From Epiperipatus broadwayi (lineage: Eukaryota; Animalia; Onychophora), in assembly GCA_028023455.1 (NCBI GenBank), contig JAQFVV010000003.1, positions 3,286,001-3,350,000 on the forward strand: a stretch of DNA of 64,000 nt, given 5' to 3'. A model generated the notes under the pieces. It saw only the letters and a program-made list of their open reading frames with translations. It was not told where the DNA came from and searched no databases. Positions 49,481 through 62,230 of this stretch are shown here, one piece after another (positions within the stretch are counted from its first letter, which is position 1; every line of letters starts with the position of its first letter). The translations under genes were made by a program, and so were the position numbers.

Positions 49481-50539
49481 GTTAATCCATAACTGAATTA
49501 CCAGAAAAAAACATATATTATGTTCAGGCAACTAAATCATATTATTGTATTTACCATGATTATGCGGAAACATTTAAAAACTATATAGTCTTACAAGTTA
49601 TGTTTTTTTCCCAATTATAGAACATTGGGTAATAAAACCAAAGTATAGGTGAAACAATAAGCAAACTAAGAGAATAGTCTCATGGCTTTGAGTTTACTTC
49701 TATTAAATTTGAACAAAATTTAGTAGAATGCGGGATAACCCATTTACTTAGGCCTCCTTACCATCCAGAATCCAATGGTTTGGTAGAAATGTAGTAAATC
49801 ATTTATTCCAGCTTGTGATGTTACTACAGCATTCCACATCTACCACTGTAACAGGAATAATCTCTCCTAAATTATTATTCAACAATATTGCTCCCATGCA
49901 AGAAATGTTCTAATGAAACACTTCCAAGAAAATAGGCAGAATATAAAGCAAAGGCATTATACTCAGACAAACAGTGAAATAATAAAGAAAAGATGAAGTG
50001 CAGTTAAAATGATTGATCAACCATCCTTGCCACAACCCAAGTGATAATTGGGAAGATATCAAATATAGAAAAAATTATTGAAGTAGAACCTTAGCTGATA
50101 AAAGAATAAAATTAGAAAACCTCAATTAGTAATACCATAAAAAAACAATCTGAAGCAATAGAAGATATGCATAATAATTGATCATCAAATATTAAAAGAC
50201 AGTAGAAAATTCCAGGATATTCAAAAGACGATATGTAAAACACTAATTTCTTTGGAGTAGAGAAAACATTGATAAGCATTTTAATTATAGGAAGGAAGTG
50301 ACACCAATAATGAGTGAAAAAGATTGGGCTTCAGTTTTAGAAAATTTTATTTTAATTTTTTATTATAACATTATTATCTAAAACTTATGTTCATTATTCT
50401 AAAGAGAACTTGCATCAATAATTATGTAAATCAAGCATTTGAATTATTTAAAAATATGCAAATCTAGATTTTATTAATAACACCTAATAATTTATTTCAG
50501 TTACTATTAGTTAGTCTAGAGAATAATAAACTAAAACAA

Positions 50540-50900
50540 ATAATAGACTGTGCACATTTTAACTAAGGCTTCTTGTTCCTACCTTTGCAATAATAAACAT
50601 CTTGTTCAAGTTGCTAATTTAATTAAGATAACTTCAGGAGATAGCCATAATGACATTATTAAGAAAAGTGATCTTTACAATAAGAAAGCAGGTATGGGAA
50701 ATCTTAAGGAGTATCCCAGCTACATTATTTTTTAGTTATATGATAAATTAGAAATTTACATTATTTTTTATGTGAACTTATAGTTAAACTGAATATATGT
50801 AAAGCGTAAGTAACAAAATTTATAAACCGCAGTATTTATTGTACATATAAAATATACAGTATATGCAATTATCTTTACTATTAATAGTTTGATCCCATAT
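50540..50900 (+). repeat. Diverged dispersed repeat, homologous to 45270-45640
   Basis: See partner at 45270-45640. Confidence 0.6.
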
Positions 50901-53900
50901 ATTTTATAACTTCCTTGACAGAGTTTACAGGTGTGGCTTTTTGTAAATGTATATGCATTTTTTTATTGTTTTCTAAAATATTATTAAAGTCATGTATGTA
51001 AAATAAATTAAGTTAAAAAAAAATAATTGTAAGAAAGTAAAAATTTATTGAAATTCTTTATTGTAAAATAATATTGACTATTTTAAAATGACAAGTTGCT
51101 ATGGAAACCAACTGCAAAATGAAAAGGGGAGGCTCTTATAAAGATGGGAAAAACTTCATTTCTTCTGTGTGCTGCTTACAAAATGGAAGACAAGAAATGT
51201 TAAATGGTTACCCATGTGGATATAATGCAGTTATAAGGTTAAGGCATCTCAGCCCCCCCCCCCCGAACATTCCACTGATATAGCTTTTTATAGAGCTATA
51301 AATATAAAAATGCCTTAGTAACCAACAATGATTCTCCCAACTTAGTAAGTGATTGTTAATGTTAAAATATATGACACTTGAAATTCAGTTGACTTTATGG
51401 GATTATTTAATTATTAAATTTTGCTTGCCTATCCCATAATGTTAGAACTTTGACAATTTTATTATTCCATGCTATGGATTGATAAAGCCAGCTATTAGAG
51501 GTGATAATGGATCTATCAAGTAATAAGAATATATATATATATATTGCTATAAAGAACATCATAGTACAATATAGTAGCACATGTGCCAGACATGCTTATG
51601 CTAGGATTTCAAATATAAGCTGAAAAATTTGGAAATTTGTTCAACAAGTTTGCATTTTTTTTTTTTGCTTTAAATAGCCAAATTACTGCTAATCTATTCA
51701 ACATGTGATTGTGTCCAGTAAAACATAACACAAGAATGAAAGGCTGATTAAATCTTTATAAGTAAGCAATTAACAAGAGTATGTTATATTCTCATTCTCT
51801 GTTTTTTATGAATAGCTATGGGAGATTTTTGCCCTACAATAGATTATTTAAAAAGTCTGTTCTATCTTTTTATATGTATATATTGCTATGCTTAGAAAAA
51901 TTTTGTGTTAAATTATAAATAATAATTTTGTGAAATCTCACAAAAAATAGCATCATACTGATATATCCCATTCTCATCCAATAGGAATGCAATGTAAATC
52001 ATCTAATCATTTATTATATATTACTGAATTTTAACATCTGCATGGAATTGAAAAGAAATCGCTTAGCTTTAATTAATTGATAAAAATTCTCAGATATTCA
52101 CAGAATCTGTCTTTTATTTAAGTTAAAATTGATAAAATTAATTATAACTGATTTTGTTCAGCAGCTCTTACTTTATTAATTCCTAGTTTATATAAATGTC
52201 ACTTGATAATATCATATATGGATCACTTTACAGACTTAATTGGCTATATTTTATTCTCCTGAAGTTTCTCCACTTAAATAAATATTAGAAACTATCAACT
52301 TTCATTTAAAAAGTTGTGAGCATTAGTGATTGTGCATTCACTTTGCATGCTTATAATTGAATTAGAACTTGGGAAAAAAAACTTGAACATTTTTTAAATA
52401 ACAAGAAATTTATCAAAAAAGTTTTTCAAGTAGCCAGTTCATATACAAATCCAGATAGTTATCCAATAAGGTTATCTGGAAAATAAAGATTTCACAATAA
52501 TTGGCATTATTCAAATGAAAAATGAGATATCAATTATAAAATAAATACCTTATTGCAATATGATGTAGTCTTCATTACTGTTGAGGGAAGTTTCTTACAA
52601 ATATAAATGCTGAGTCTCTGTGATTTAACCAAGCTTTACTTTTTTTAATTACTTATTGCCACTTCTTGTTCAGTTTGAGCAGACTCATGTTGCTGCAGTG
52701 ATTCTTTTTTCTATGAATAATTTCCAATAAAATCTTGTGATAAAATTTTTGCAATTTTTTTGCCAACCTTTAACAATGAAAAATATTGGTATATCAGCTG
52801 AAAAGAATTGGGAAAACTCAGTTACCTAAAACACTTCATGTTCTACTTTGAACTTGAATTCTAATCATAATTATGAAAACGGTATGGAGATTAATATATA
52901 TATAAGTGTGTATGTGTTATACCCAGTTCTTGGTATTATAAACTCTTTTCTCAGAATCACAGTTCCAGATTGAATCTATGTTTTTTTCCACCGCTGTAAT
53001 CCATATTTTCCTAAGCTATGGCATTTTTTTTTTCAAATAATATTACCTTAACCTAACTTAGTAAGATAATTTATTTATATGGTACAAGTGTAACTGTTGT
53101 TAATATAACATTTCCAATTGGCTACAAAGCTTTCCTGGATCAACAAATTCATAAGATTAAAGATCATGTAGAAATAATTCAGCAATCCACTTGTTACTTT
53201 TTCATTAATGAACTTCCTGTATCTTTAAAGAATCCATTTACTTATAAAAGTTTAAACAGATATTAAAAGTGAATATTAATAATAAATATTAATTTGACTA
53301 TCTATTAAATATACATTATACCACAATCACTTAAAACATATGGATAGATATGCATTTCTTGCTGACACATTCATCATCAATTGGTTAATCTAGAAATACA
53401 TTTTAACAAGATTATTGTTCTTTTCCAAATATTTTTTATTCACGTATTTTATGTGTAGATGTTAAAAATTTAGGGGCATATGTTATCACACATGAATAGA
53501 AAAAAGATTAAAATAAAATCATATTTTTTGTATTTAATAATAAAATAATCTTTAATTATGTTTCAATTTTATATCTGAGCTAAAAATTATATCATATACT
53601 TTAGCTAATAAATGATTAATAATATTTGTTAATGCAATTATTAAAGATTGATATTATCAAATGAATGTGTTCAAGAATTATGGCACTTGAAAATTGAATT
53701 ATAAATTAATGTTAGAAACTCTGCAAAGTGTCTTAATAAAGAAAAATAAATAACATTTCACTGTACAATTTATTAAATATAATATTAAATAATAATAATT
53801 TAATTATTAATTTTTAATATCAATTGGATGTAAATATGCAATATGTTCCAACTAATAAATACTTTTATATTAACATAACATCTTAATGATAAAAAATGCA

Positions 53901-54469
53901 CTGAGAAACATTTTTTCCTTATATTTTGTAAAATGTAACCCTATTTATTTAGCTATTAGTTTATGTTTTTGTATATTAAATTTTTTACAAAAAAATACAA
54001 TAAATTGTAAATGTTAAATTTACATAGCATTAATGTATGTGAAATAAATTGGATTTGGCTAAACTTCTTCTAATTATGAAATAACTAAATAAATCGACTA
54101 CCTTTAGATCGACTTGCTAAAAAATAGAATGGATCCATCTATTCTTTATGCTTTTCATGTTTATAAGCTAAGTTCATTAGCCACATTAAAGTTTCAAAAT
54201 GGAAATAATAAATATAGCATTTTTAATTATGTAATCATAATTTAGAAAAGGATAAAGACTGCATCCCATTTTTAAGCATTAATAATCAGTAACAAGTCAA
54301 ATAATACATATTAAATCCATATGACATTAATGCCAATAAAATAAATTTATTATTTGACTTCTAAGTGATAATGATATGTAAGTATAATATTTATTATTTG
54401 ATTTCTAATTCATTATCAATACAAGAATTGTTAAAAATGAGACACAGTCTTTATTTTTTATTTAATTAA

Positions 54470-54980
54470 ATACTTCCATTCCCAAATTTTAACATGATTA
54501 GAAAACTTAGCTTATTAACATCAAAAGTGCAAAAAAGATTTGTGCACTCTATTCATTAGCTTGCTGATATAAAGATGGTGGTTTGTTTAGTTATTTTACA
54601 ACTAGGGAGAATTCAGGTCAATTTCATATTATTTCATGTGCAAATTTAATATTTGATTTTAATTGATTACCAATAAAATAGTCTTTATCTTCTGCTTAAT
54701 TATAATTTTATAATTAATAATGCCACATTTACATCTAGCATAAATATTATTTCCATTCTGAAATTTCAATAGTTAGAAAATGGTACTGGTACATTTTCAG
54801 CATCTGACTGCTTGATGGGGCATACCTAGAAAACTTAGCCTATTAATATAAAAAGCACAAAGAACAGAAGGGTCTGTTCTATTTATTAGTTTGTTCATGT
54901 AAAAATGATGGATCTGTTTAATTAGTTCATGACTAGAGAAAATTTAGTCAACTTCAAGTTATTTAAAAAAATACAATACT
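54470..54980. repeat. Diverged tandem duplication (~190-bp units at ~54490 and ~54820)
   Basis: Shared TAGAAAACTTAGC(T/C)TATTAA, CT(C/-)TATT(C/T)ATTAG and ACTAG(G/A)GA(G/A)AATT blocks. Confidence 0.7.
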
Positions 54981-57894
54981 TAATCAGCTAAATGTGTTTT
55001 TAAAAAGATGTATTACTTTTTTTTTTGAAAATAAAAAATAAAAATCATGAATTAATAAAAGCTATTGGACAAGCTAAGATAGATAAAATATATCATGCTG
55101 TATAATTATTACCTCTATCGAATTTTGCTTCTTTTCTTTGACTATGTAATTTTATAAGTAAAGTTAATAATCTGTTCTTGGGAAGCATATTAACGTTACT
55201 TATAGAATTAAATAGTTATTAACTTGCTGTTTTTTTATAGTTTTATTTTAAAATACATGTAATTAACTTATTTATTGTACAATGTTTAATATTATTTTTG
55301 ATATGTGTTTGTAATCATGATAAAAAAAAATTAATTTGTTACTATATGGAATTCATGAAAATTTGAAAAGCTCTTTGTAATTTTGTCTGAATTAAAGTAG
55401 TTATCACAAAATTAATTAATGAATAAATAGTATTGCACCTACAATTGATAAGTATTTTTAGCATCCATCTATACTATGAATTAATATAACTCTATCTTTA
55501 GTCTTAACTAAGCATACCTAAAAATGAACATAAGCTGTTATTATTTTTCAACAATCATCAATCCACTGCAGGAAGAAAATCTCAAGTTTAATACAGTTTA
55601 TTCAAACCACAGCTTTACTTGTCCACAGTAGCACATTTTTTAATACCAATCTATCAATTTTACATGTGTTTGTTTGCTAATTCTTTTACAATCTCATGAA
55701 CTGAGTTTAAGACTTCAATTGTCCATATATTGTTATCGCTTACAGTGATATATTTGGCCCAATATCATTTCAATCTCTTATTTTTAAATAATGTGATATC
55801 TGTTTATTCTTTCGCTGTGGTATTTCATTTTTGATTTCTTCTTGTTATTTCCAACATAAATCACCCCATATTTTGCTAAGTAATTCAAAGTTTTTATGCT
55901 ACTCTTCTGTAAACCTTTCCCACCCAACATGGGCATATTTTGTATTAACAATAATTAAGTCAATTATATCAAAAGCATATTATTGAAATTTAATTATACG
56001 ATTGATTTTATCCATTATTTTTCTCTTAGTATTAAATAATCTGGCCAAAATATTTGTTATTAAACTCTTCTTACTCATTAATTATCAATCTTTTTCTTTT
56101 TTGAAAAGCTAGTAAATATTATTTTAGTCTTATTAGCATTTAATTTTAATTTTATTTTCTTGCTTTCATATGATACTTTTTTAAAGTAATTTCCATTTAT
56201 TTTTATTTTTTTAATATCTCATTTTAATTTACAAGTTACTTCACCTACAATTGCTATAAAAGATTTGAGAATGTAGAATCTTTCAGTCATTACTTACTCT
56301 TATAAATGTTAATCTTCTTAATATTACCACATAGTCTAATCATTAATATTATTACTTTGATAAATATTTTTTTAGATTTGAAAATATTTGGAGTATATAT
56401 ACTGATATTTCAAAGCTTTAATTACTACAGAAATGTAGATTTAAAATACCTTTTCATAATTTACAAAATTGGTAGATGCATTGGTCCTTTCTATAATTTT
56501 ATATTTGGATGTGACTTATTCACTTTTAAGCCAACTTGTTCAATTATTGGTTTGAGCCAAAAGTTCTTAATAGATGACTTATAATGACCTTAGTAAAGAT
56601 CTTGATTACAAAAGATTGATAGGTTTGCAATTGTAAATGTCTTTTTGCTCATCTTCCTTGAAAATCAAAGTCCTTACTACATTTGCTCTTTCTAGCTTTG
56701 CATTAACATGCATCTCATTAATCATTCTCTATAATGAATTTATCCAATGATTTACAATCATAAAGGGTGGTTTAGTGGTAGGGTCACAGACTCTGGAGTT
56801 TAAAATTCACAGATATTGATTAGCTATGGTACTTCCTGTACTCAAACTTCTTATGAATTTCCAAAAAATCATTTGATTATTTTTAAAATTTTGAAATACA
56901 TATTTTATTGTTAGTCAAAACATAATCAATTTCCACATTTGACTTTCTAAAAAAAAAAAAAAAAATCATAAAATACATTTTTTCTTTTTCCACAAATTTC
57001 ACAAGACTTGTTCATTTTTATTTTCATCTCCATATTCAAATTTATTTACAACACTTGTGTCTATCAATTTTTTTTTCAATTTTTACTATGTGAATCTTTT
57101 CTGTTTCTTCATCATGGTAAAATAATATCCAAGAAGCAGGATTTTCTTCAAAAACCTGCAATGTATCTTCTGAAATTAATCATATATGAAAATTTATTCT
57201 GTTTCCCAATATTTTGATATTTCTTATTGTCTTTTTCAAAAAAAGTAATAATATAATTTCAGTATAAACTTATTCTTGTATTTCTGAAAATTGGAAAAAA
57301 AAAAAAGGTATATCTTACTACTATACATAAAAATTAATCAACTTAAAAATATAATTAACCATTAAAAATTTATGAAAATTTTCCTAAAATATATAATTAA
57401 TATAATTTTTAAAAAAATTCATGTACTTTTGTGAAAGTAATTAATTTTTATATATGTTGGTTAGATTTAATATCTATCTTTTTGTCCCAATTTTCAGAAA
57501 TATAATACTTAGTTTGTACTATAATTATATTATTAAGTCTTTGAAAAAAACATTGGAAAATGATCAAAATGTTGAGAAATGAAATTAGATATACATTTTC
57601 ATATATTACAATTGACTTCAAAAGTAATAAATTTGAAGATTTTTATTTAAAAAAAAAAAAAAAAACACCGTTAAACATTATTTTAATAAAAGAATCGAGT
57701 TTTCTTAAAATGTGTTAGTATAAAAAAAATTTTGAATCTAAGTTATTTAAGATTTTTTTTTTATCACAATGTCATCTTGTTGAGGCATAAAACTGAATAA
57801 TCCACATTTGATATCTTTCACCTAAAGTAAATAAATATAGGGGATTTGAACTCAGGCTTTGAAGCACCCTTCAACTATCCATACTATCTCGTAC

Positions 57895-58135
57895 CACTGA
57901 TACACATGACCACATGCATTTAGAAAAGATAAATAATCACCAATATCCATATTACATGTTAAACCAGCACTCATCAGTTGTTCCAGATTATCATCTCCCA
58001 CACATATATATAATCAGTGCTCAGTTTATATTAAGATAGAAAATCTTTATACTTTAATGGACAGGCTTCAATCCACTCCAATCTCCAACTTTTCAGCCGT
58101 CCATACCATTGAAAATCTGATGATGGAAAGCCCAA
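57895..58135 (-). mobile_element. Family A partial copy (older, diverged)
   Basis: Homologous to 7775-8000; contains an HHR relic at 57939-57982. Confidence 0.82.
57939..57982 (-). ncRNA. Family A HHR relic with G at position 10.1
   Basis: AACAA-CTGATGA-GTGC-TGGTTTA-ACAT-GTAA-TATGGA-TA/TTGGT. Confidence 0.65.
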
Positions 58136-58519
58136 ATCCAGGTATGTGAAGAGTGCCTGTATTAGTTTGTAACTGTGGGGAGTATTAGCATTTATTGGTA
58201 AATAGTCCTTCAATTCAAAAACTGATTTGAGCATGGATAATTGCTAGTTGGTCAGTTGTTGGTAGTCATTGTGATTACTGAAGTCATAACCAAGTCTGCC
58301 AAAGTATAATCTGGTGCAGCTTACCAGTGACTGTAAACCAGGAACAGTGAGCAAAATGAGTGCAGTTGTCAAATTGTGTATAATGTGTTATGTATGCTAA
58401 TGTAAATAAATATATTGTCATCTTTATTTTGATGATTTCTTTAAAACTTATAGTCAATGATTTTTGTTGGCATTCAGCTTTGTTATTCAATACACAACAA
58501 AATTGAACAATATATACGT

Positions 58520-58960
58520 CAATTAAAGAAAAGTTACTGTGAAGGACTTTATAAAATTATTTATTTTAAATTAAGAGAATTTCTTATCAGAACTTTTATT
58601 AACTTACTAGCTGTATTCATGGTTTCAATATAACACAATGTCTAGATGTTTTGCAGCTTTTATATTTATGTATTCCGAAAATACCATCTCTGAATTAATG
58701 TGTATATTGTACAATAACATACTTTAGCTATTCACCACAAAAATTGTAAGATATTAGTATTCTTGGATAATGAATTTTGACATAAAATATCAGTGTGATT
58801 CACATATTTGTAAATCATTTTCAATGCTTTCCCTGCCATCACAAAATCTTGCAAAACATTTCTGTGTCTTATAATAGCTTCAATTTTAAATGGTTCAGTA
58901 GTAGTTTGCCCAACTTAAAACAAAATTTAATGTTAAAGTATTGTTTCATCATAGGTTGAT
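58520..58960 (-). mobile_element. Mariner-type transposase N-terminal relic
   Basis: MKQYFNIKFCFKLGK...W matches the mariner HTH start pattern (IKFCxKLGK). Confidence 0.6.
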
Positions 58961-59039
58961 ATAAATCACACTGTTACATGAATATTGCTTGTTGTTAAGC
59001 CTGTTCATGTTGTTGCTGGTCCATATTAGCTGCTGTTTC

Positions 59040-59450
59040 TAGCGCTCTTGCCCTGAATGAATAATATGCAAGAATGGTCTTCTTTGGTTGTGACATTTTT
59101 GATATTTTACATGTAAAACAATACTAATCGAATACATGTTTGTAGAGTGTTCAATTCAAATGTTTATTTGAAGGCAAAGTTATTTTAAAATATTACTTAA
59201 ATATATGCTTCATACATTAATTTTTTTATGACAATGATTATTAAATAGTTAACAATGTCCTCTATGAATAATGCTCAAGAATGGTTTTCCTTGTTCATGC
59301 TATTTTTATTACTATATAAGTAAATAATGTTAATAGATTACTTATTTATATGGTGTTCAATTCAGATGTCTATTTGAAGGCAAGGTTGTATTTAAATATT
59401 ACTAAAATAAATGTTGTTTTAATTTTTTTAAGACAAACATTCTTTATGAA
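59040..59450 (+). repeat. Diverged tandem duplication of an exon-like unit (~210 bp)
   Basis: NNMQEWSSL...VFNSNVYLKAKL versus NNAQEWFSL...VFNSDVYLKARL; both interrupted by stops. Confidence 0.7.
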
Positions 59451-59699
59451 ATGTACCTTAAACTATTATAAAATATAATTTATCATGTGAGAGTATACTT
59501 AAAAAGTAATAATGAAAATTAATCAAATTCAGTGACATAATAGATTGTAAGCTAAAATTTACTTTCTGCCATGTTAAATATATTTTAACTGAAATCTTAA
59601 AAATGTATCAAATTCATTAAATGTCATTATTTTCAAATGCTATTTCCCTCATATGTGAGTGGATTTGAATGTATAGAAAATTTTACACTTTATTTAAAC

Positions 59700-60330
59700 T
59701 TTCCAAATACAAACAACTTGTTAGTAACAATACATAAATAAACAACACAGGTTAGTAATTATACAATGTTTCGAGTAGTATTATTCTCCACTCTTCTTCA
59801 GGTGTTGCTGGCCGATATGCACAGTGACAATATTCACTTAGAAGTTGAACTCGCACCTTTAGATTCTTGAATATCAAATTTAAGACAAACATTCTAGCAA
59901 CTGAGCTATTCTGTCAAAGGCAGCATATGGTAGAAATTTGATATATTTATATATGAGGTTGGTTCAAATCCTCCTGAGTCCTTCAAATTTTTTTTATGAG
60001 CAGATTAATTAATATTTTTTAAATATTATTATTATTGTTTAATATTTTTACTAAGAGCAAGATTAATTAGAAGCTTCCATACATTGTGTATTGTCACATT
60101 GGGTTGACTTATAGGATTATTTACCATTGTCATATGAGCAGCTTCCTTGAATTTTCTTCTATGCATTTTTTTCTCTTTATCCAATATCTTTGCATTTTCC
60201 CAATTAAACATATGGTTATTAGTACATACATGATCTGCTACAGTAGATCTGTTATACATTTAACATTCATTCATAGATGATGGAAATAGTCCAACACATC
60301 ACATCTAATAATATACCATCACCACTAACC
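59700..60330 (-). mobile_element. 3' fragment of a Penelope-like element (GIY-YIG C-terminal domain plus pLTR)
   Basis: STVADHVCTNNHMFNWENAKILDKE...RRKFKEAAHM (ORF 60032-60259); HHR-like motif downstream. Confidence 0.85.
59762..59809 (-). ncRNA. HHR-like motif in PLE pLTR
   Basis: CAACAC-CTGAAGA-A-GAGTGG-AGAATAATA-CTACTC-GAAAC-ATT-GTA; intact core and 6-bp stem II. The stem I partner GTGTTG is displaced ~12 nt downstream. Confidence 0.65.
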
Positions 60331-62079
60331 TTTAGACAAATAAAAATTTATGCTAGATTCATCAAGATTGATGCAATATTTGCTGAATACAAATAAGCAA
60401 ACAAACTTTCACATTTATATAGTAATATAGATGGCTTGTAAGCCACAGCCTTTTAAGTTAGCATGAAATATGTCTCAGCAAAGACAAACAACTAAAAAAA
60501 TTTTGAATTATTTTCTATCATTTCAATTGACTTAAAAAAAATCATTAAAGAGAGTCTACTTTAATTATAAGCTATTATTTTAAGAAAAGTTATTGGCAAT
60601 TGAAAACTATATTTCAAGCTGAGAAAAGCTTCTTAATAAGTGTCAATTTCATAGCCCAAAGAATTTATCTATTAAAGTGAATTGAAACTGAGACATATTG
60701 TATTATAGATGAACCTCACTGCTATCTTTACAGAAAAAATTAATCAATGAAAATGTCCAGTTAAAACAGAGATTGAACAGTTAGAACAAAAATTTCTAGA
60801 GTAAGAAAAAGCAAAAGGTTTCTTTTTATAATATTGTATTATAAAAACTGCATAAGTAAGAAAGTAAAAAAAAAAAATACTTTGGTAATTTTTACTATTT
60901 TTTTAAAGCTACTTTAAACTTTGACTATTATTATTAACAGTAAATGTATGGAAAACCGTTTCAGTAATTAAATGCTTTTATTTTTTTTATTGAACATTCC
61001 TTTTATATATATATGAGCTGGGATTGATTAACATTTTGAACCTGAATTTTCATAAGCTGCAAGGAATCAAGTGTTTTCACTGAGTTCTTTAGTCTAGATG
61101 TGAGTAATGTAAATGTATGATATGGTTATGTATAGAGGTAGATGTCACATGCGAATGTGTTTCCTCTTCTTAGGGATGTGTGTATGGCTCAAATACTTTG
61201 GTTAATTTTACTATACACATATGCATGTGTAAACTTACTATCACTTGATAATTTTTATATTCTGTGATATTTAGGGAGTGCAATATAAAGTTGCATGCTG
61301 AGGGCATTTTGCATTCTGTTATGCATTTTTGGTGCTTAATGTGAAGGTCAATTATATCGTACTACAGCAAGGCATTCTATTATATATAAATGTGTATATA
61401 TACATATATATTACAAGATAAGTTTGAATACATTTGAAAAAGTGAAATAATGTGATAATATATTCACACTTTAAAAATAAATTGCATTACACAAATCTAT
61501 ATAAAAAGATATGGACATCATTCTATATGTTTGGAAGATGCTTAAATTTCTAGCACAATTGATAAATTTCAATTATCACCAAACACAAATAGTATGAGAA
61601 ATAATTTTTTTAATGTTAGATAGTAATTAGAAAGCAGTAAAATTTATTAATTTTTTACGAATACTCCAAGGGCTGTTGAATTAAATTTAAAAAAATGTAA
61701 AATAGATATAAAACAAATGTTGTGTGTATGTTAAAATGGTTTATTAATATTATACTGGATGTCATGTGTAGTTTAGTGCAATGATGGGCTCTGGAGAATC
61801 AAGGTTTTGGTATTGTGTTTGAGTGAAATATTTTTTAAAAATAAAAACCATTGTATAATATTTAGTATCTAACTTTTAAAGGTATAAAAATATTCAACCA
61901 CAACACATTATCATTAATTTAATGATAGATATCCTTATGTCTCTTTTAATCTGGACAGAATTGCAAAATCAACTTTCAATATGATGATTATTCATTATGA
62001 TTTCAACATGAATTAGAATTGTTTTTAAAATCACAAGATTACCTTCTGGCATACTGTCTTTACCTTTGAGGAGTTTGAA

Positions 62080-62230
62080 CCAGATGCACTAAATCCAGAA
62101 TCTTCACTGATGAAAGCCAGAAATTAAACTGGAGATATAAATAGAATAGCACTGAATATCAATTTAATAAGCATTGTCCTCTAATATGTATTAATTAATC
62201 AAGCTTTCAATAGATGGCAATACTAGAGTT
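62080..62230 (+). mobile_element. Old, diverged family B fragment with HHR relic (62101-62135)
   Basis: TCTTCA-CTGATGA-AAGCCA-GAAA-TTAAAC-TGGAGA; flanks colinear with the family B monomer. Confidence 0.65.

Larger units (their letters stand above)
47540..50240 (+). mobile_element. Decayed Ty3/Gypsy relic (gag to integrase) interrupted by a PLE fragment
   Basis: Gag EYDIALKHLAKNC (cf. DYDIALKQLAKNC at ~3250); RT FGITTTSNIFQ; integrase GITH...PPYHPESNGLVE. Confidence 0.75.

Noticed and set aside
44950-50900. 45270-45640 and 50540-50900 as the LTR pair of the 47.5-50.2 kb Gypsy relic
   Set aside because: Could not define TG..CA ends, TSD or a PBS adjacent to the left copy; kept only as a dispersed repeat.
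55500-56000. Possible LINE or PLE relic on the minus strand
   Set aside because: Motifs too weak to assign.
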